Source: Desulfomonilia bacterium (GTDB lineage: Bacteria > Desulfobacterota > Desulfomonilia > UBA1062). Taken from it: a DNA stretch of 64,000 bases. This document shows, in pieces, positions 20,924-31,850 of this stretch (position 1 is the first letter of the stretch; each line of letters starts with the position of its first letter). Where the stretch lies: contig JBEKDT010000001.1 of NCBI GenBank assembly GCA_050014195.1, positions 426,296-490,295 on the forward strand. Reading direction: 5' to 3'. The translations under genes were made by a program, and so were the position numbers. The notes beneath the pieces are model-generated. The model was not told the DNA's origin. It worked only from the letters and a program-made list of their open reading frames with translations, and did not search any database.

Positions 20924-22303
20924 TTAAAAGTGTTTCTTCCTCCGGTTTGAAGGAAGAATACCAAGCAGCTCACGGTACTTGGCAACGGTCCTGCGTGCTA
21001 TCCTCACCCCTTTCCCTTTCAGTTTATGGGCTATGGCCTGGTCGCTCAGGGGATGTTTGGCATCCTCCGCCTTGATGATATTTTCAATTTCATTCTTAAC
21101 GCTCTGGGATGCGATAAAACTTCCGTCGCTCTTGGATATACCGCTGTTGAAGAAATACTTGAGCTCGAATGTGCCCTGGGTCGTATGCACATATTTATTA
21201 GATGTAACCCTGCTGATGGTGGATTCATGCATGCCCACATCATCGGCAACGTCTCTGAGGACTAATGGTTTCAGGTTCGTGATACCGTGGTCGAGAAAAT
21301 CTTTCTGGAACTTGACGATGCTCTCTGTGACCTTGCACAGGGTATTCTGCCTCTGCTGGATGCTCTTTAAAAGCCACTGGGCAGACTTGTAGCAGTCGGA
21401 GAGGTAGTCCTTGGCCATCTTGCCCATATTGTCGGACTTCATCATGATCTGGTATTCTTTGTTGAGCTTGAGCATGGGCAGATCCTCCTCATTGAGCAGG
21501 ATCATATACTCCCCCTCCATTTTCACCACATACACATCCGGGACGATGTACTGGGGGGGATCGTCTGAGTAATCACGGGCGGGACGGGGTTCCATGTTGA
21601 CGATGATCTGGGCGGCCTGTGCCACATCATCCACGGTTGCAGAAAGCTCCTGGGCGATCTTGTTGTAGTTTTTGGTCTGGAGGTCCTCCAGGTGGGAATC
21701 GATTATCCTCCACACCAGGGTGTTCTCCAGGTCCAGTATTCTCGCCTGGATCCTGAGGCAGTCCTTCAGGTCACGCGCCGCGATGCCGGGAGGGTCGAAC
21801 CGCTGAACCTTGACAAGTACCGACTCAACTATGTCGGGTGTTGACCCGGTTTCCTGGCATATGGTCTCGGTATCAAGCCCCATGTAGCCGTTATGATCGA
21901 GGTTGCCGATGATGAAGAGGCCCACTTCCTGTTCTTTATCGGTAAAATCATTCAGTCTCAACTGCCAGAGGAGATGGTCCATGAGCCCTTCGGGTTTGCA
22001 GGTAGTGGACTCGATGGAGGGCCGCTCATCGTCTTCATAGTAGGGGATATTGTCCTGGCCGTATGTCTCCAGGTAGGCATCCCACCTTTGCCTGAGCTGT
22101 TCCTTCTCCTTGACGGATTCGGGGGTGTCCTCGCGTACACGGGCAATTTCCACATCGAGCAGCGGGTTTTGTTCGAGCTCGCTGTCGATATATTCCTGCA
22201 GCTCGAGCCTGCTAAGCTGCAGGAGTTTGATAGCCTGCTGGAGCTGTGGCGTCATTATGAGCTGCTGCGCCAGCTTGAGATGTTGCTTAAGCTCCAAGGC
22301 CAT
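20924..22303 (-). CDS. rpoN: RNA polymerase sigma-54
   Basis: TPQLQQAIKLLQL, HESTISR, RpoN box ARRTVAKYRE. Confidence 0.98.
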   Translation of the reverse strand: MALELKQHLKLAQQLIMTPQLQQAIKLLQLSRLELQEYIDSELEQNPLLDVEIARVREDTPESVKEKEQLRQRWDAYLETYGQDNIPYYEDDERPSIESTTCKPEGLMDHLLWQLRLNDFTDKEQEVGLFIIGNLDHNGYMGLDTETICQETGSTPDIVESVLVKVQRFDPPGIAARDLKDCLRIQARILDLENTLVWRIIDSHLEDLQTKNYNKIAQELSATVDDVAQAAQIIVNMEPRPARDYSDDPPQYIVPDVYVVKMEGEYMILLNEEDLPMLKLNKEYQIMMKSDNMGKMAKDYLSDCYKSAQWLLKSIQQRQNTLCKVTESIVKFQKDFLDHGITNLKPLVLRDVADDVGMHESTISRVTSNKYVHTTQGTFELKYFFNSGISKSDGSFIASQSVKNEIENIIKAEDAKHPLSDQAIAHKLKGKGVRIARRTVAKYRELLGILPSNRRKKHF

Positions 22304-22315
22304 CCTTAACTCCTC

Positions 22316-23044
22316 CTAGAGAGAAAAGTCCTTACCCACATAGATCTGCTTGACCTTCTCATTCGCCACAACCTGTTCCGGGGTTCCTTCCTCAATTACA
22401 AGACCCTGATGGATAATATATGCCCTGTCACATATCTTCAGGGTTTCTTTTACATTATGATCCGTAATAATGACACCAATTCCCAATTTTTTCAAGTTTA
22501 CTATCATATCCTGAATGTCATTGACCGTGATGGGGTCAATCCCTGCAAAAGGCTCATCCAGGAGCATGTATGCGGGGCTCAGGGCCATGGCCCTGGCGAT
22601 CTCCACCCGGCGCCTCTCACCTCCGGAGAGAGAGACGCCTTTTTGAGTACGCACTTGATCAAGACCGAAGCTTGCCACGATCTCATCACGGTGCTGTTTC
22701 AGCTCAATCCCTTTCAACCCCCTGGCCTCCAAGGGGACAGAGATGTTGTCTTCCACGCTCAACCCCCTGAACACAGAGGGCTCCTGGGGCAGGTAGCCGA
22801 TGCCTCGCATGGCGCGACCCGCGAGATCGATGCCGGTGATGTCGTCAGTACCGAGAAATACCTTGCCCTTGTCCGGGCGGATGAGACCCACGATCATGTA
22901 GAATGTCGTGGTCTTCCCCGCTCCGTTCGGGCCGAGCAGTCCGATGATCTCGCCCTTGTTGCAGGCAATGGAGAGGCCTCTGATGACGTACACCTTCCCA
23001 AAGCTCTTCTCAAGGCCATCGGCCTTCAGCGTCATTTCCCCCAT
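22316..23044 (-). CDS. lptB: LPS export ABC ATPase
   Basis: GPNGAGKTT, YLPQEPSVF, LSGGERRRVEIAR, DEPFAGIDP. Confidence 0.97.
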   Translation of the reverse strand: MGEMTLKADGLEKSFGKVYVIRGLSIACNKGEIIGLLGPNGAGKTTTFYMIVGLIRPDKGKVFLGTDDITGIDLAGRAMRGIGYLPQEPSVFRGLSVEDNISVPLEARGLKGIELKQHRDEIVASFGLDQVRTQKGVSLSGGERRRVEIARAMALSPAYMLLDEPFAGIDPITVNDIQDMIVNLKKLGIGVIITDHNVKETLKICDRAYIIHQGLVIEEGTPEQVVANEKVKQIYVGKDFSL

Positions 23045-23538
23045 TGCATGATCCCCGTACTCTCTCCGGCATTCACCCGAACTTTCACCCTGCGGCCGGC
23101 ACCTTCAACCACCTGAGTGTCGTTTTTCTTATCCAGTGTCACCTTCTGGCCGATGATTTTCTCCTGGCCTCTGGTGATGACGACATCACCCGTCATTACC
23201 ATTACATCACTGACAAGATCATACACCGCCTTGGCACATGTTGCCTCTTTGTCTTTCCATAAGATATCCACATCACCTTCAGCGGTTAACATGTTGACCT
23301 TGTGTGATTTCTGGTCGTAGACCAACGTCAGGGTATTTCCCTTGACCGTGATATCGGGTTTCGTAGCCTTCACTCTGCCTTTGAATATCGCTGTACCGTT
23401 CTTGGTGTTCACGTCCAGTCTGTCCGCCTCGATGTCAACCATATCGGATACCTTAGGCGGTGTCTTGAGGCCTTCCGCATGAAGGGCATACGGCCAGAGA
23501 AGGCTAAAGATTAAGAATATTCTGCATAACCTTTGCAT
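23032..23538 (-). CDS. lptA: LPS transport periplasmic protein (start moved to MQRLC signal peptide)
   Basis: IEADRL, AIFKGRV, MTGDVVI OstA fold; synteny. Confidence 0.88.
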   Translation of the reverse strand: MQRLCRIFLIFSLLWPYALHAEGLKTPPKVSDMVDIEADRLDVNTKNGTAIFKGRVKATKPDITVKGNTLTLVYDQKSHKVNMLTAEGDVDILWKDKEATCAKAVYDLVSDVMVMTGDVVITRGQEKIIGQKVTLDKKNDTQVVEGAGRRVKVRVNAGESTGIMQWGK

Positions 23539-24037
23539 GGACCCTTCCGATACAAGCGATATTGGTGAATTGGTCGGAAAATTCCGCCCTGTCGGCCGTG
23601 ATGACTCCACTTTCCCCCTCGATAACTATTGGGTTATCCGTATGGGCAAAATTCTTTACCCTATCCCAGGTGAGGTTATTGAGCCTGGCGCGGGACCCGT
23701 TTTGTGTTTCAATGTTCACCGGTCCCTTAACCTCAAGGATGGATTTGGCGCGATCGTAGAAGGCATCTACACCGCTCAGCTTTAGCCCGCCGGTCTGTGT
23801 AAGGACAAAGTCTTTGAGACGCACGTCTTGATCCCCTGTCTCATCCACCTCCCGGGCGGACACTTCCATGGTCTTGTTATTTTGGCGATTGCGTTCGTAC
23901 ATGACTACATTCATGGCCTGTCGCCTTGGCTGCGTGCCCTTATTCAGGGATGGCGCCATTTGATTATCGCGGGAAACGGAGATGATGAAAGCCAGTACGA
24001 CGATCACACCCGTCAATAGAATCAGCTTATTCCACAT
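23504..24037 (-). CDS. lptC: LPS export protein LptC-like
   Basis: N-terminal TM anchor plus beta-rich domain; lies between kdsC and lptA. Confidence 0.8.
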   Translation of the reverse strand: MWNKLILLTGVIVVLAFIISVSRDNQMAPSLNKGTQPRRQAMNVVMYERNRQNNKTMEVSAREVDETGDQDVRLKDFVLTQTGGLKLSGVDAFYDRAKSILEVKGPVNIETQNGSRARLNNLTWDRVKNFAHTDNPIVIEGESGVITADRAEFSDQFTNIACIGRVHAKVMQNILNL

Positions 24038-24530
24038 AGCGTTCCATGATCTTGTCGAAAAGCCCCTCGCGCTTCAGGATGATCTCTATGGCCTCCCTGA
24101 CGGCGCCGTGACCGCCCGGCCTCGTGGTAACCACTTCGGCCCTCTCCTTGACCATATCCATGGCATCGGCCGGGGCAAAGGTCATACCGCACAGGGCCAT
24201 GGGGGGAATGTCCACCACATCGTCCCCCATGTAGGCCATATTGGTCGTGCTTATGCCGAGTTTCTGCGCCGCTTCCAACAGTGCCGGCTTCTTGTCTATT
24301 GCCCCCTGGAAGACGTGCGTAATACCGAGCTCATGCGCCCTGTACTCCAGTGCCTTTGATGTCCTGCCGGTGATAATGACCACCTCGATACCGGCCCGCA
24401 GGAGCATCCTCAGCCCGTGTCCGTCCTTGCTGTTGAAGGCCTTGATCTGGATACCTTCATCGGTGAAGTAGATGGAAGAGTCTGTCAGTACGCCATCCAC
24501 ATCGAGCACCAGGCACGAGATCTTGTTCAT
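24027..24530 (-). CDS. kdsC: KDO8P phosphatase
   Basis: LDVDGVLTD, KDGHG, YMGDDVVD, GGHGAVRE. Confidence 0.96.
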   Translation of the reverse strand: MNKISCLVLDVDGVLTDSSIYFTDEGIQIKAFNSKDGHGLRMLLRAGIEVVIITGRTSKALEYRAHELGITHVFQGAIDKKPALLEAAQKLGISTTNMAYMGDDVVDIPPMALCGMTFAPADAMDMVKERAEVVTTRPGGHGAVREAIEIILKREGLFDKIMERYVE

Positions 24531-25354
24531 GAGGTTACCTCGTGGATCTTTTTCAGCTGTACTAAAAGAGGTTCCAGCCGATCGAGCCTCAGGCTGTTCG
24601 GGCCGTCGCTGAGTGCCTGATCCGGGTTGTCGTGCACCTCCAGGAAGATACCGTCAAGCCCGAAGGCCACACCGGCCCGGGCAAGCTGAACGATATACTC
24701 GGCATTGCCACCCGATGATGAGCCCTGTCCTCCGGGGAGTTGGAGACTGTGGGTCACATCGAGGATTACGGGAAAGCCGAGCGAACGCATGACGGCAAGG
24801 CTCCTCAAATCGCACACCAGGTTGTTGTAGCCCAGACTCACTCCGCGTTCGGTAAGGATAATAGCATTGTTCCCGGTGCTTTGCACCTTTGCTGTTACAT
24901 TGCCCATGTCCCAGGGTGCCATGAACTGTCCCTTCTTGATGTTTACCGGCAGGCCCGTCTTGCCTGCTGCAACGAGGAGATCGGTCTGCCTGCACAGAAA
25001 GGCAGGGATCTGGAGCATGTCCAGGACATGAGCGGCAGGACCTGCCTGCAAAGGGTCGTGGATGTCCGAGGTGACGGGGATGGAAAGACGTTTCTTGATA
25101 TCCAGAAGGATATGAAGGCCCATCTCGAGACCGGGCCCCCGGTATGAATCGATGGATGAGCGGTTCGCCTTATCAAAGGATGCCTTGAAGATATAGGGGA
25201 TCCCCATGCGGGAGGTGATATCGCGAATACTTTCCGCCATGAACAGGGCATGGTCCTGCGATTCAATGACGCACGGGCCCGCGACCAGCACCAGATCGCC
25301 GGAACCGATAGTGATGTCATGAATCTTTACCTTTTGCATATACCCCTGCCGCAC
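24527..25354 (-). CDS. kdsA: KDO8P synthase
   Basis: AGPCVIE, KASFDKANRS, QIPAFLCRQTDL, KKGQF. Confidence 0.97.
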   Translation of the reverse strand: MRQGYMQKVKIHDITIGSGDLVLVAGPCVIESQDHALFMAESIRDITSRMGIPYIFKASFDKANRSSIDSYRGPGLEMGLHILLDIKKRLSIPVTSDIHDPLQAGPAAHVLDMLQIPAFLCRQTDLLVAAGKTGLPVNIKKGQFMAPWDMGNVTAKVQSTGNNAIILTERGVSLGYNNLVCDLRSLAVMRSLGFPVILDVTHSLQLPGGQGSSSGGNAEYIVQLARAGVAFGLDGIFLEVHDNPDQALSDGPNSLRLDRLEPLLVQLKKIHEVTS

Positions 25355-25532
25355 GTGATTACTTTAGCCGCCGATCCAAAATGATAATCGGTGCTCCTGC
25401 TAGGGGATTTATCGTATGGTACGTGGGGTGTCAAGCAATCAGAAGATCAAAACACGCTAAAAGAGCACGGCTGTTTAGAGGGGCCGGGATAGGGGTTGAC
25501 TACTCGATTCTGGATACTAATTATCTTTCTCC

Positions 25533-27260
25533 GTGACCATGAAGGCATACCCGAGGGAAGATCTATCCATTGTGCTTTCCGGTGAAGCAGGACAGGGCCT
25601 GCAGACCTTGGAACAGCTGATGCTGAAGGTCTTCAAGCTCTCAGGATACCATGTCTTTTCCTATAGCGAATTCATGTCGAGGATCAGGGGTGGGAACAAC
25701 TCCACCCAGATACGGATCTCTGCAAAGAGGGTTGCGTCTTACCTCAGAAGGATCGATATATTCGTTCCGCTCAATGCCGGCGCCATGGAACGGTTTCACG
25801 ACCGGATAACCCGTGAAACGGTCATCCTGGGCGATCGTACATTCATTGACAAACAGTACTTCGATGAGGGCTATCCCATTGGGGAGGTACCCATTGGAGA
25901 AATTGCCAGGGGGATCGGCGGACCGGTTTATACGAATATCCTCGTGCTCGGGATATTTGCAGGGCTCTTAGGGCTTGAAATGGGTCTGCTTGAAAATCAG
26001 GTGAGGCAATTCTTCAGCAAAGCCGGAGATGAACGTACCGGCAAGAACATTGATGCGGTAAGGAAGGGCTTCGACACAGGCTCTCACGTGCTTAAATCGG
26101 GCCAGGTCCTTCCCGTCATCACAAAATCGGAAGAAGTGAAGAATGAGCTCCTCATGAACGGTGTCGATGCAATAGGCATAGGAGGTCTTGCCGGAGGATG
26201 CACGTTCGTCTCATCCTACCCCATGTCTCCATCAACCGATGTCCTGGTGTTTTATGCCAGGAATGCACACGATTTCGGGCTGGTGGTGGAACAGGCGGAA
26301 GATGAAATAAGCGCCGTCAACATGGCACTTGGTTCCTGGTATGCCGGGGGGAGGGCTTTGGTGACTACCTCAGGGGGAGGATTTGCGCTGATGGTGGAGG
26401 GGGTGAGCCTTGCCGGATGCATCGAGTCTCCCCTGGTCATCCATATCGGCCAGCGCCCCGGCCCTGCAACAGGCCTTCCTACCCGCACCGAACAGGCTGA
26501 CCTGGAGCATGCCCTCTACTCCGGCCATGGTGAATTCCCCAGGCTGATCCTGGCGCCCGGTACCATAGAAGAGGGGTTCTGGCTTACACGCCATGCCTTC
26601 CGGATGGCAGATAAGTACCATATCCCTGTTTTTATCCTTACGGATCAGCACTATCTCGAATCCAATCATACCTTGAACCGCCTGGATATCCCGGAGCCGT
26701 TAAACGAGAGCTTTATCAAAGAGACAGACACCGCATATAAACGCTATTTGTTCACGGAAAGCGGCATCTCACCAAGGGGCATACCCGGCTTCGGCCAGGG
26801 GCTGGTTTGCGTGGACAGCGACGAACATGATGAGAACGGATATATCACGGAAGACTGTTCGGTGCGATCTTCCATGGTTGAGAAGCGGCTTCGGAAACTT
26901 AAGGCCATGGAAACCGACACGATAGCGCCGACACTCACCGGAGGGGATGACTATCGGCATCTTGTCGTCGGGTGGGGTTCGACCTATAACGTCGTCAAGG
27001 AGGCCCTGGAAATCCTCCAACGAAAAGACCTCTCCTTCCTGCACTTCTCCCAGGTGTATCCACTCCACCCGAAGGCCCGTGAACTCATCAATCGGGCAAA
27101 AAAAAGGTTCATCATCGAGAACAATGCCACGGCCCAGTTCGGAAAATTGATCAGACTGCATACAGGAATCGAGCTTGATGGGAAGATTCTCAAGTTCGAC
27201 GGCATGCCGTTCATGCTCGAAGAAGTCGTAGAGCAGCTGGATGCCCTGATGGGAAGGTGA
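25533..27260 (-). other. No minus-strand feature: antisense ORFs over the oxidoreductase alpha gene are shadow frames
   Basis: Short minus ORFs here lack motifs; the plus-strand gene explains the region. Confidence 0.05.
25533..27260 (+). CDS. korA: 2-oxoacid:ferredoxin oxidoreductase alpha subunit (gamma-alpha fusion)
   Basis: GEAGQG, SRIRGG, YPMSPS, QAEDEISA, QRPGPATGLPT. Confidence 0.92.
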   Translation: MTMKAYPREDLSIVLSGEAGQGLQTLEQLMLKVFKLSGYHVFSYSEFMSRIRGGNNSTQIRISAKRVASYLRRIDIFVPLNAGAMERFHDRITRETVILGDRTFIDKQYFDEGYPIGEVPIGEIARGIGGPVYTNILVLGIFAGLLGLEMGLLENQVRQFFSKAGDERTGKNIDAVRKGFDTGSHVLKSGQVLPVITKSEEVKNELLMNGVDAIGIGGLAGGCTFVSSYPMSPSTDVLVFYARNAHDFGLVVEQAEDEISAVNMALGSWYAGGRALVTTSGGGFALMVEGVSLAGCIESPLVIHIGQRPGPATGLPTRTEQADLEHALYSGHGEFPRLILAPGTIEEGFWLTRHAFRMADKYHIPVFILTDQHYLESNHTLNRLDIPEPLNESFIKETDTAYKRYLFTESGISPRGIPGFGQGLVCVDSDEHDENGYITEDCSVRSSMVEKRLRKLKAMETDTIAPTLTGGDDYRHLVVGWGSTYNVVKEALEILQRKDLSFLHFSQVYPLHPKARELINRAKKRFIIENNATAQFGKLIRLHTGIELDGKILKFDGMPFMLEEVVEQLDALMGR

Positions 27261-27263
27261 GGA

Positions 27264-28127
27264 ATGGGAACGGAATTCGACATTGATTACCCTGCGGATA
27301 TTGCGTGGTGCCCCGGATGCGGAAACTATCATATCCTCACGGCGCTCAAGGCCGCTCTTTCGGAGCTGGCACTCCATCCGGCATCGCTCGTCTTCGTATC
27401 CGGAATCGGACAGGCGGCCAAGACCCCTCAATATCTGAAGACCAACTACTTTAACGGCCTCCATGGGAGATCTCTGCCTGTTGCCACGGCGGTCAAGGTG
27501 ACGAATCCGGAGCTTACGGTCATTGCTCAGAGTGGTGATGGATGCATGTACGGCGAAGGGGGCAACCATTTCCTCCATGCCATTCGAAGAAACCCGGACA
27601 TCACGGTGATCATCCACAACAATATGGTGTACGGGCTTACCAAGGGACAGGCATCTCCCACGAGCATGCGGGGCTTTGTTACACCCATACAGGTGGGTGG
27701 GGTATGCATGGAGCCCTTCAATCCTCTGGCCCTTGCCATTGCCCTGAATGCATCGTTTGTTGCGAGGGCCAATGCAGGGGACGAGGAGCAGACAAAGGAA
27801 ATCCTGAAAAAGGCCATCACTCATAAAGGATTCGCAATCGTTGACATATTGCAACCCTGCGTATCATTCAACAGGGTTAACACCTACCAGTGGTACAAGG
27901 ATCATACGTATTATCTCGATGATTCCCACAATCCATCCGACAGGGATGCCGCCTTCTCAGCAGCAACCCGATCGGACAGGTTTGCCCTGGGACTGATTTA
28001 TATCGGTTCAGGAATACCCACCTTCTCCGAGTGTCAGGATGTCTATAAGACCGATCCCCGGCCGCTCTATCAACATATGGCGAGCCGTGAAAAGATCGAA
28101 TCCTTGCTGAATGCAAAGAGGATATGA
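27264..28127 (+). CDS. korB: 2-oxoacid:ferredoxin oxidoreductase beta subunit
   Basis: [16 protein letters not shown] motif [16 protein letters not shown]. Confidence 0.93.
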   Translation: MGTEFDIDYPADIAWCPGCGNYHILTALKAALSELALHPASLVFVSGIGQAAKTPQYLKTNYFNGLHGRSLPVATAVKVTNPELTVIAQSGDGCMYGEGGNHFLHAIRRNPDITVIIHNNMVYGLTKGQASPTSMRGFVTPIQVGGVCMEPFNPLALAIALNASFVARANAGDEEQTKEILKKAITHKGFAIVDILQPCVSFNRVNTYQWYKDHTYYLDDSHNPSDRDAAFSAATRSDRFALGLIYIGSGIPTFSECQDVYKTDPRPLYQHMASREKIESLLNAKRI

Positions 28128-28924
28128 GAATGAACCTTACAGGCAGGGTAGCCGTCATAACCGGTGCAGGACGAGGTCTTGGCAAGGCTATAGCCCTTGC
28201 TTTTGAACTATCAGGTGCCAATGTTACTTTGTTCAGCCTGTTGGAGGATGAACTGAAAGATATCGCCGCCGACCTTGAAAAGCTCGGCGGAGAATATCTC
28301 CTGCATACCGGAGATGTGTCGGATGAGCATGATGCGGCTTCTGTGGTTGCTGAAACTTTTGCACGGTTCAGCAGAATAGACATCCTTGTGAACAATGCAG
28401 GCATCATCGGGCCGGCGCGGTTCCTTGAGGATGCCGTGCCGTCAGAATGGAAGCAGACATTAGATGTGAATCTTACCGGAAGCTATCTCTTTTGCCGGGA
28501 GGTGATTCCTTACATGATCAAACAGGGAGGCGGTAAAATCATCAATATCGTTTCCGGACTCGGGCAGATGCCGTTCCCGCGTTTCTGTGCATATTCGGTA
28601 TCCAAAGCCGGTCTCATCCAGCTTACTCGGTCGCTCTCTGAAGAATTGAACCCCTTCAATATTCAGGTTAATGCCATCGATCCCGGCCTGATGGATACAA
28701 CTATGGGAAATGAAATTCGCGCTATGGGCCCTGACGCACTTGGCCAGGGCCTGTACAACCAGATGATCGGGTATAAGGAGCAGGGTATATTAAAAGACCC
28801 CAGAGACATAGCGGATCTCGCGGCATTTCTTGCATCATCCGATTCAGGGGATATGACAGGTCATATCGGAACCACGAAATACTACCGTACTCTCGGATGG
28901 AAACCAAGCGAGCCGAATATTTAG
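28124..28924 (+). CDS. SDR family oxidoreductase
   Basis: [17 protein letters not shown]. Confidence 0.93.
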   Translation: MRMNLTGRVAVITGAGRGLGKAIALAFELSGANVTLFSLLEDELKDIAADLEKLGGEYLLHTGDVSDEHDAASVVAETFARFSRIDILVNNAGIIGPARFLEDAVPSEWKQTLDVNLTGSYLFCREVIPYMIKQGGGKIINIVSGLGQMPFPRFCAYSVSKAGLIQLTRSLSEELNPFNIQVNAIDPGLMDTTMGNEIRAMGPDALGQGLYNQMIGYKEQGILKDPRDIADLAAFLASSDSGDMTGHIGTTKYYRTLGWKPSEPNI

Positions 28925-28978
28925 CAAGTACTCCTTTTTTAAATCATATCAACACCGATCTTCATCCTAAGATTCGAT

Positions 28979-29117
28979 ATTCCTGCGAAAAAGGATTTGT
29001 CCTGTCCCACAAGACAATCAGCGATAAACCACAAGGAATGAGGAAACCCGTAGATGCTAATAATATAATGAAATTATTTAACATTAAATATTCTACCGCG
29101 ATGGCACGCCTATTGAA
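28979..29117 (+). promoter_or_regulatory. Tandem enhancer motif (28979-29018), AT-rich spacer and sigma54 promoter TGGCACGCCTATTGAA (29102-29117)
   Basis: Perfect -24 element TGGCACG; enhancer motif shared with 8218 and 31851. Confidence 0.8.
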
Positions 29118-29204
29118 TACATCAGATGATAAGAGATATGAGTGCCAGCCATGTAATCAAAGGCAGGACTCGGGTTATGAAGATTAATCACGTGGAGGTT
29201 AGTC

Positions 29205-29468
29205 ATGAATTCATATACGGAATCAAGCTTAGGCAAGGATGGATCGAACACTACGAGAATAACCACACTCTACGATCTTATGGAAGAGATCAATGCAGAA
29301 CAGATCAGCCCACAAAGGGATCCAGGCAGTTACAGTATCCAGGACCCTGCGGGGAATGGTCGATTCAGTCCGGCGGCAGAGAAGGTTTTTCAGATGTTTG
29401 AATCGGGACAAATCAGGTTCAAGAATCTCCAGGATGTCAAAAGAAAATATGCTGGGTGGCTATTCTGA
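29205..29468 (+). CDS. Small hypothetical protein, probable paralog of 8377-8670
   Basis: GGAGG RBS; TTLYDLMEE...MFESGQIRF. Confidence 0.75.
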   Translation: MNSYTESSLGKDGSNTTRITTLYDLMEEINAEQISPQRDPGSYSIQDPAGNGRFSPAAEKVFQMFESGQIRFKNLQDVKRKYAGWLF

Positions 29469-29533
29469 CATCAGTCATGAACACCAAGGTTAAATTCGGC
29501 AATAAATGCCACGCCTGACGGCATGGTAATTCT

Positions 29534-30334
29534 ATGGGGAAGGAAATACCTATGGACAACTCTTATGATTATATGGATTTTCAACAATACTACAGGGAAA
29601 TTCAGCAATACCCAACTCTAACCCATGAGAAAGAGTATGAACTGGCAAAACAATATCAAAAGGGCGACGAAGCTGCCGGACAGCAATTAATCCAGGCGAA
29701 CCTCAGGTTTGTGGTGAGGGTGAGCAGGAAATATTTTTATTGCGGTCACCATTGCCTCGAGATCATTCAGGAAGGAAACCTTGGTCTCATCAGAGCCCTT
29801 AATCGTTTTGACCCTGAGCGAGGGATACCTTTTGTCTACTATGCAGTTTGGTGGGTTGAAGCCTTCATCAAGGCTTTCATGCACAAGAGCGGAAAGGTGA
29901 ACACGGGGAGTCTGAGTCATGCCAAGAAATTGCACTCATTGGATGAACACCTTGGAAACGATGACGATAAAGACCGATGGATTGATTTTCTCACAGATGG
30001 TGCTGATCCGGAGAAAATGTATAATGGCAGGGAGTCATCTCAAAATATTTCATCCGTACTCCATCATTGCTTCACCTTCCTCTCTCCAAGGGAAATATCT
30101 GTCCTGAAACAACGATTTTATTCTGATCCGCCTGTTAAGCTTAAGGAAATAGGGATGCAACTTGGTGTAAGCAGAGAACGTGTCAGACAAATCCAGACAA
30201 GATCCATGGAAAAATTAAAACAAATTTTAGAAGATCAGGTAAAGGGCCTTTGGGAGTCAACAACCCATGATTCCCATCCACTCACCGAGATCAATCAACT
30301 GGGGTTTATACGGAGAGGAGAATATCAAAACTGA
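29534..30334 (+). CDS. Sigma70-family factor (RpoH/group 3-like, shortened region 3)
   Basis: Region 1.2 YYREIQQYPTL, region 2 ANLRFVV..IQEGNLGL..FDPERG..YAVWW, region 4 LKEIG..GVSRERVRQI. Confidence 0.92.
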   Translation: MGKEIPMDNSYDYMDFQQYYREIQQYPTLTHEKEYELAKQYQKGDEAAGQQLIQANLRFVVRVSRKYFYCGHHCLEIIQEGNLGLIRALNRFDPERGIPFVYYAVWWVEAFIKAFMHKSGKVNTGSLSHAKKLHSLDEHLGNDDDKDRWIDFLTDGADPEKMYNGRESSQNISSVLHHCFTFLSPREISVLKQRFYSDPPVKLKEIGMQLGVSRERVRQIQTRSMEKLKQILEDQVKGLWESTTHDSHPLTEINQLGFIRRGEYQN

Positions 30335-30391
30335 AGTATCCCTCTTTACTGAAACACTCTGGCATGTTTTGATCTAAGATTTCTTTACATC

Positions 30392-31822
30392 TTGGAGAAA
30401 AGACTTTATCATGTTCAAGTGCCCATAGGTAATCAGGAAAAGATACTTGTTATCGATGATGACAATCTTGTCTGCAGTTCCATAGCAAACGTTGCTAAAG
30501 CCTTGGGATACAATGCTACGACAGCCCTTACCCTGAAAGAAGGCATCGAGTCGGTTAACAAGGAACCGTATGATGTAGTGTTTCTTGATGTGCATATGCC
30601 TGATGGGAACGGGATCGAAATGCTTCCCAAAATCTGCCAGAGTGGCGGCCGACCTGAAGTTATCGTCATAACCGCCTATGGAGATCCGGAATCAGTCGAG
30701 ACAGCCCTTTCCCGGGGGGCCTGGGATTACATTGAAAAACCCTTTTCGAAGAACGATCTTGTCCATCTGTTAAAAGATGCAATTCTCTTTCATGAAAGCA
30801 ATAAGCAACCATTGATCAGCGTAGATTTTGAGAAAGAGGGGATCATTGGTAAGAGTTCCCAGATGAGAGAATGCCTGGCATTACTAAGCAAGACATTAAA
30901 CAGTGATGCCAATGTGCTGCTTACCGGCGAAACAGGAACGGGTAAAGATCTCTTTGCGCTGGCAATCCACAATAACTCCAGCCGCGCCAAGAATAACTTT
31001 ATTGTGGTCGACTGTGCCTCCTTGCCCCCGAATCTGGTGGAAAGCATTCTTTTCGGTCACGAGAAGGGATCATATACCAGTGCGGATAAAGCGCAGCAAG
31101 GTCTGGTCATACAGGCCCACAGGGGGACACTGTTTCTGGATGAAGTGGGTGAACTCCCCCTGTCCATCCAGCAAAAGTTCCTGCGTATCCTCCAGGAGGG
31201 TCGCTTCCGTCCTGTCGGAAAACCCACTGAGATTGAAAGCGATTTCAGAATCATATCTGCCACAAACCAGAATCTGGACAATTTAGCAGAGATAAAAAGA
31301 TTCCGAAAAGATCTCCTCTTCAGACTCAAATCCATCACCATCCATCTCCCTGCACTCAGAGATCGACCCGAGGATATCCTGGAATTGACAAATCACTACC
31401 TGCAAAAACTCTGCAAGAAATATGGCATGAAACCAAAGCGCCTCAGTACTGCATTTAGAGATACCATCATGCAGTATGCCTGGCCCGGTAATGTACGTGA
31501 ATTGATTCACGCACTGGAGAGCTCGCTTACGGTTGCACATGATAGTGCCATCCTGGTCCCAAAACATCTTCCACACCATATTCATGTGCAGGTGAAGCAA
31601 AATACTGTTGCAGCTAAAAAAAAGAAACCGCTGCGCATTGCGACAAACAACAGCCTTTCCAGCCTCAATGAGGTGCGGGAAGAGGCTATCGCTGAGATAG
31701 AACAGCAGTATCTTAAGGAGTTGATGATCCGGACAAAAGCCCATATTGAGACAGCCTGCAGAATATCCGGGCTATCCCGCTCGCGTCTCTACGCCTTGCT
31801 GAAGAAGTACAACATATCATAG
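30392..31822 (+). CDS. Sigma54-dependent response regulator (NtrC family bEBP)
   Basis: REC domain; AAA+ GETGTGK, ESILFGHEKGSYTSA (GAFTGA variant), LFLDEVGE, WPGNVREL; Fis-type HTH. Confidence 0.95.
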   Translation: MEKRLYHVQVPIGNQEKILVIDDDNLVCSSIANVAKALGYNATTALTLKEGIESVNKEPYDVVFLDVHMPDGNGIEMLPKICQSGGRPEVIVITAYGDPESVETALSRGAWDYIEKPFSKNDLVHLLKDAILFHESNKQPLISVDFEKEGIIGKSSQMRECLALLSKTLNSDANVLLTGETGTGKDLFALAIHNNSSRAKNNFIVVDCASLPPNLVESILFGHEKGSYTSADKAQQGLVIQAHRGTLFLDEVGELPLSIQQKFLRILQEGRFRPVGKPTEIESDFRIISATNQNLDNLAEIKRFRKDLLFRLKSITIHLPALRDRPEDILELTNHYLQKLCKKYGMKPKRLSTAFRDTIMQYAWPGNVRELIHALESSLTVAHDSAILVPKHLPHHIHVQVKQNTVAAKKKKPLRIATNNSLSSLNEVREEAIAEIEQQYLKELMIRTKAHIETACRISGLSRSRLYALLKKYNIS

Positions 31823-31850
31823 TATTCTTGAATCGATATTTCATACGTGC

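Noticed and set aside
29519-29534. Extra sigma54-like site CGGCATGGTAATTCT before the sigma factor
   Set aside because: Shares 12 nt with the 31973 promoter but lacks the -12 G and has no enhancer copy upstream
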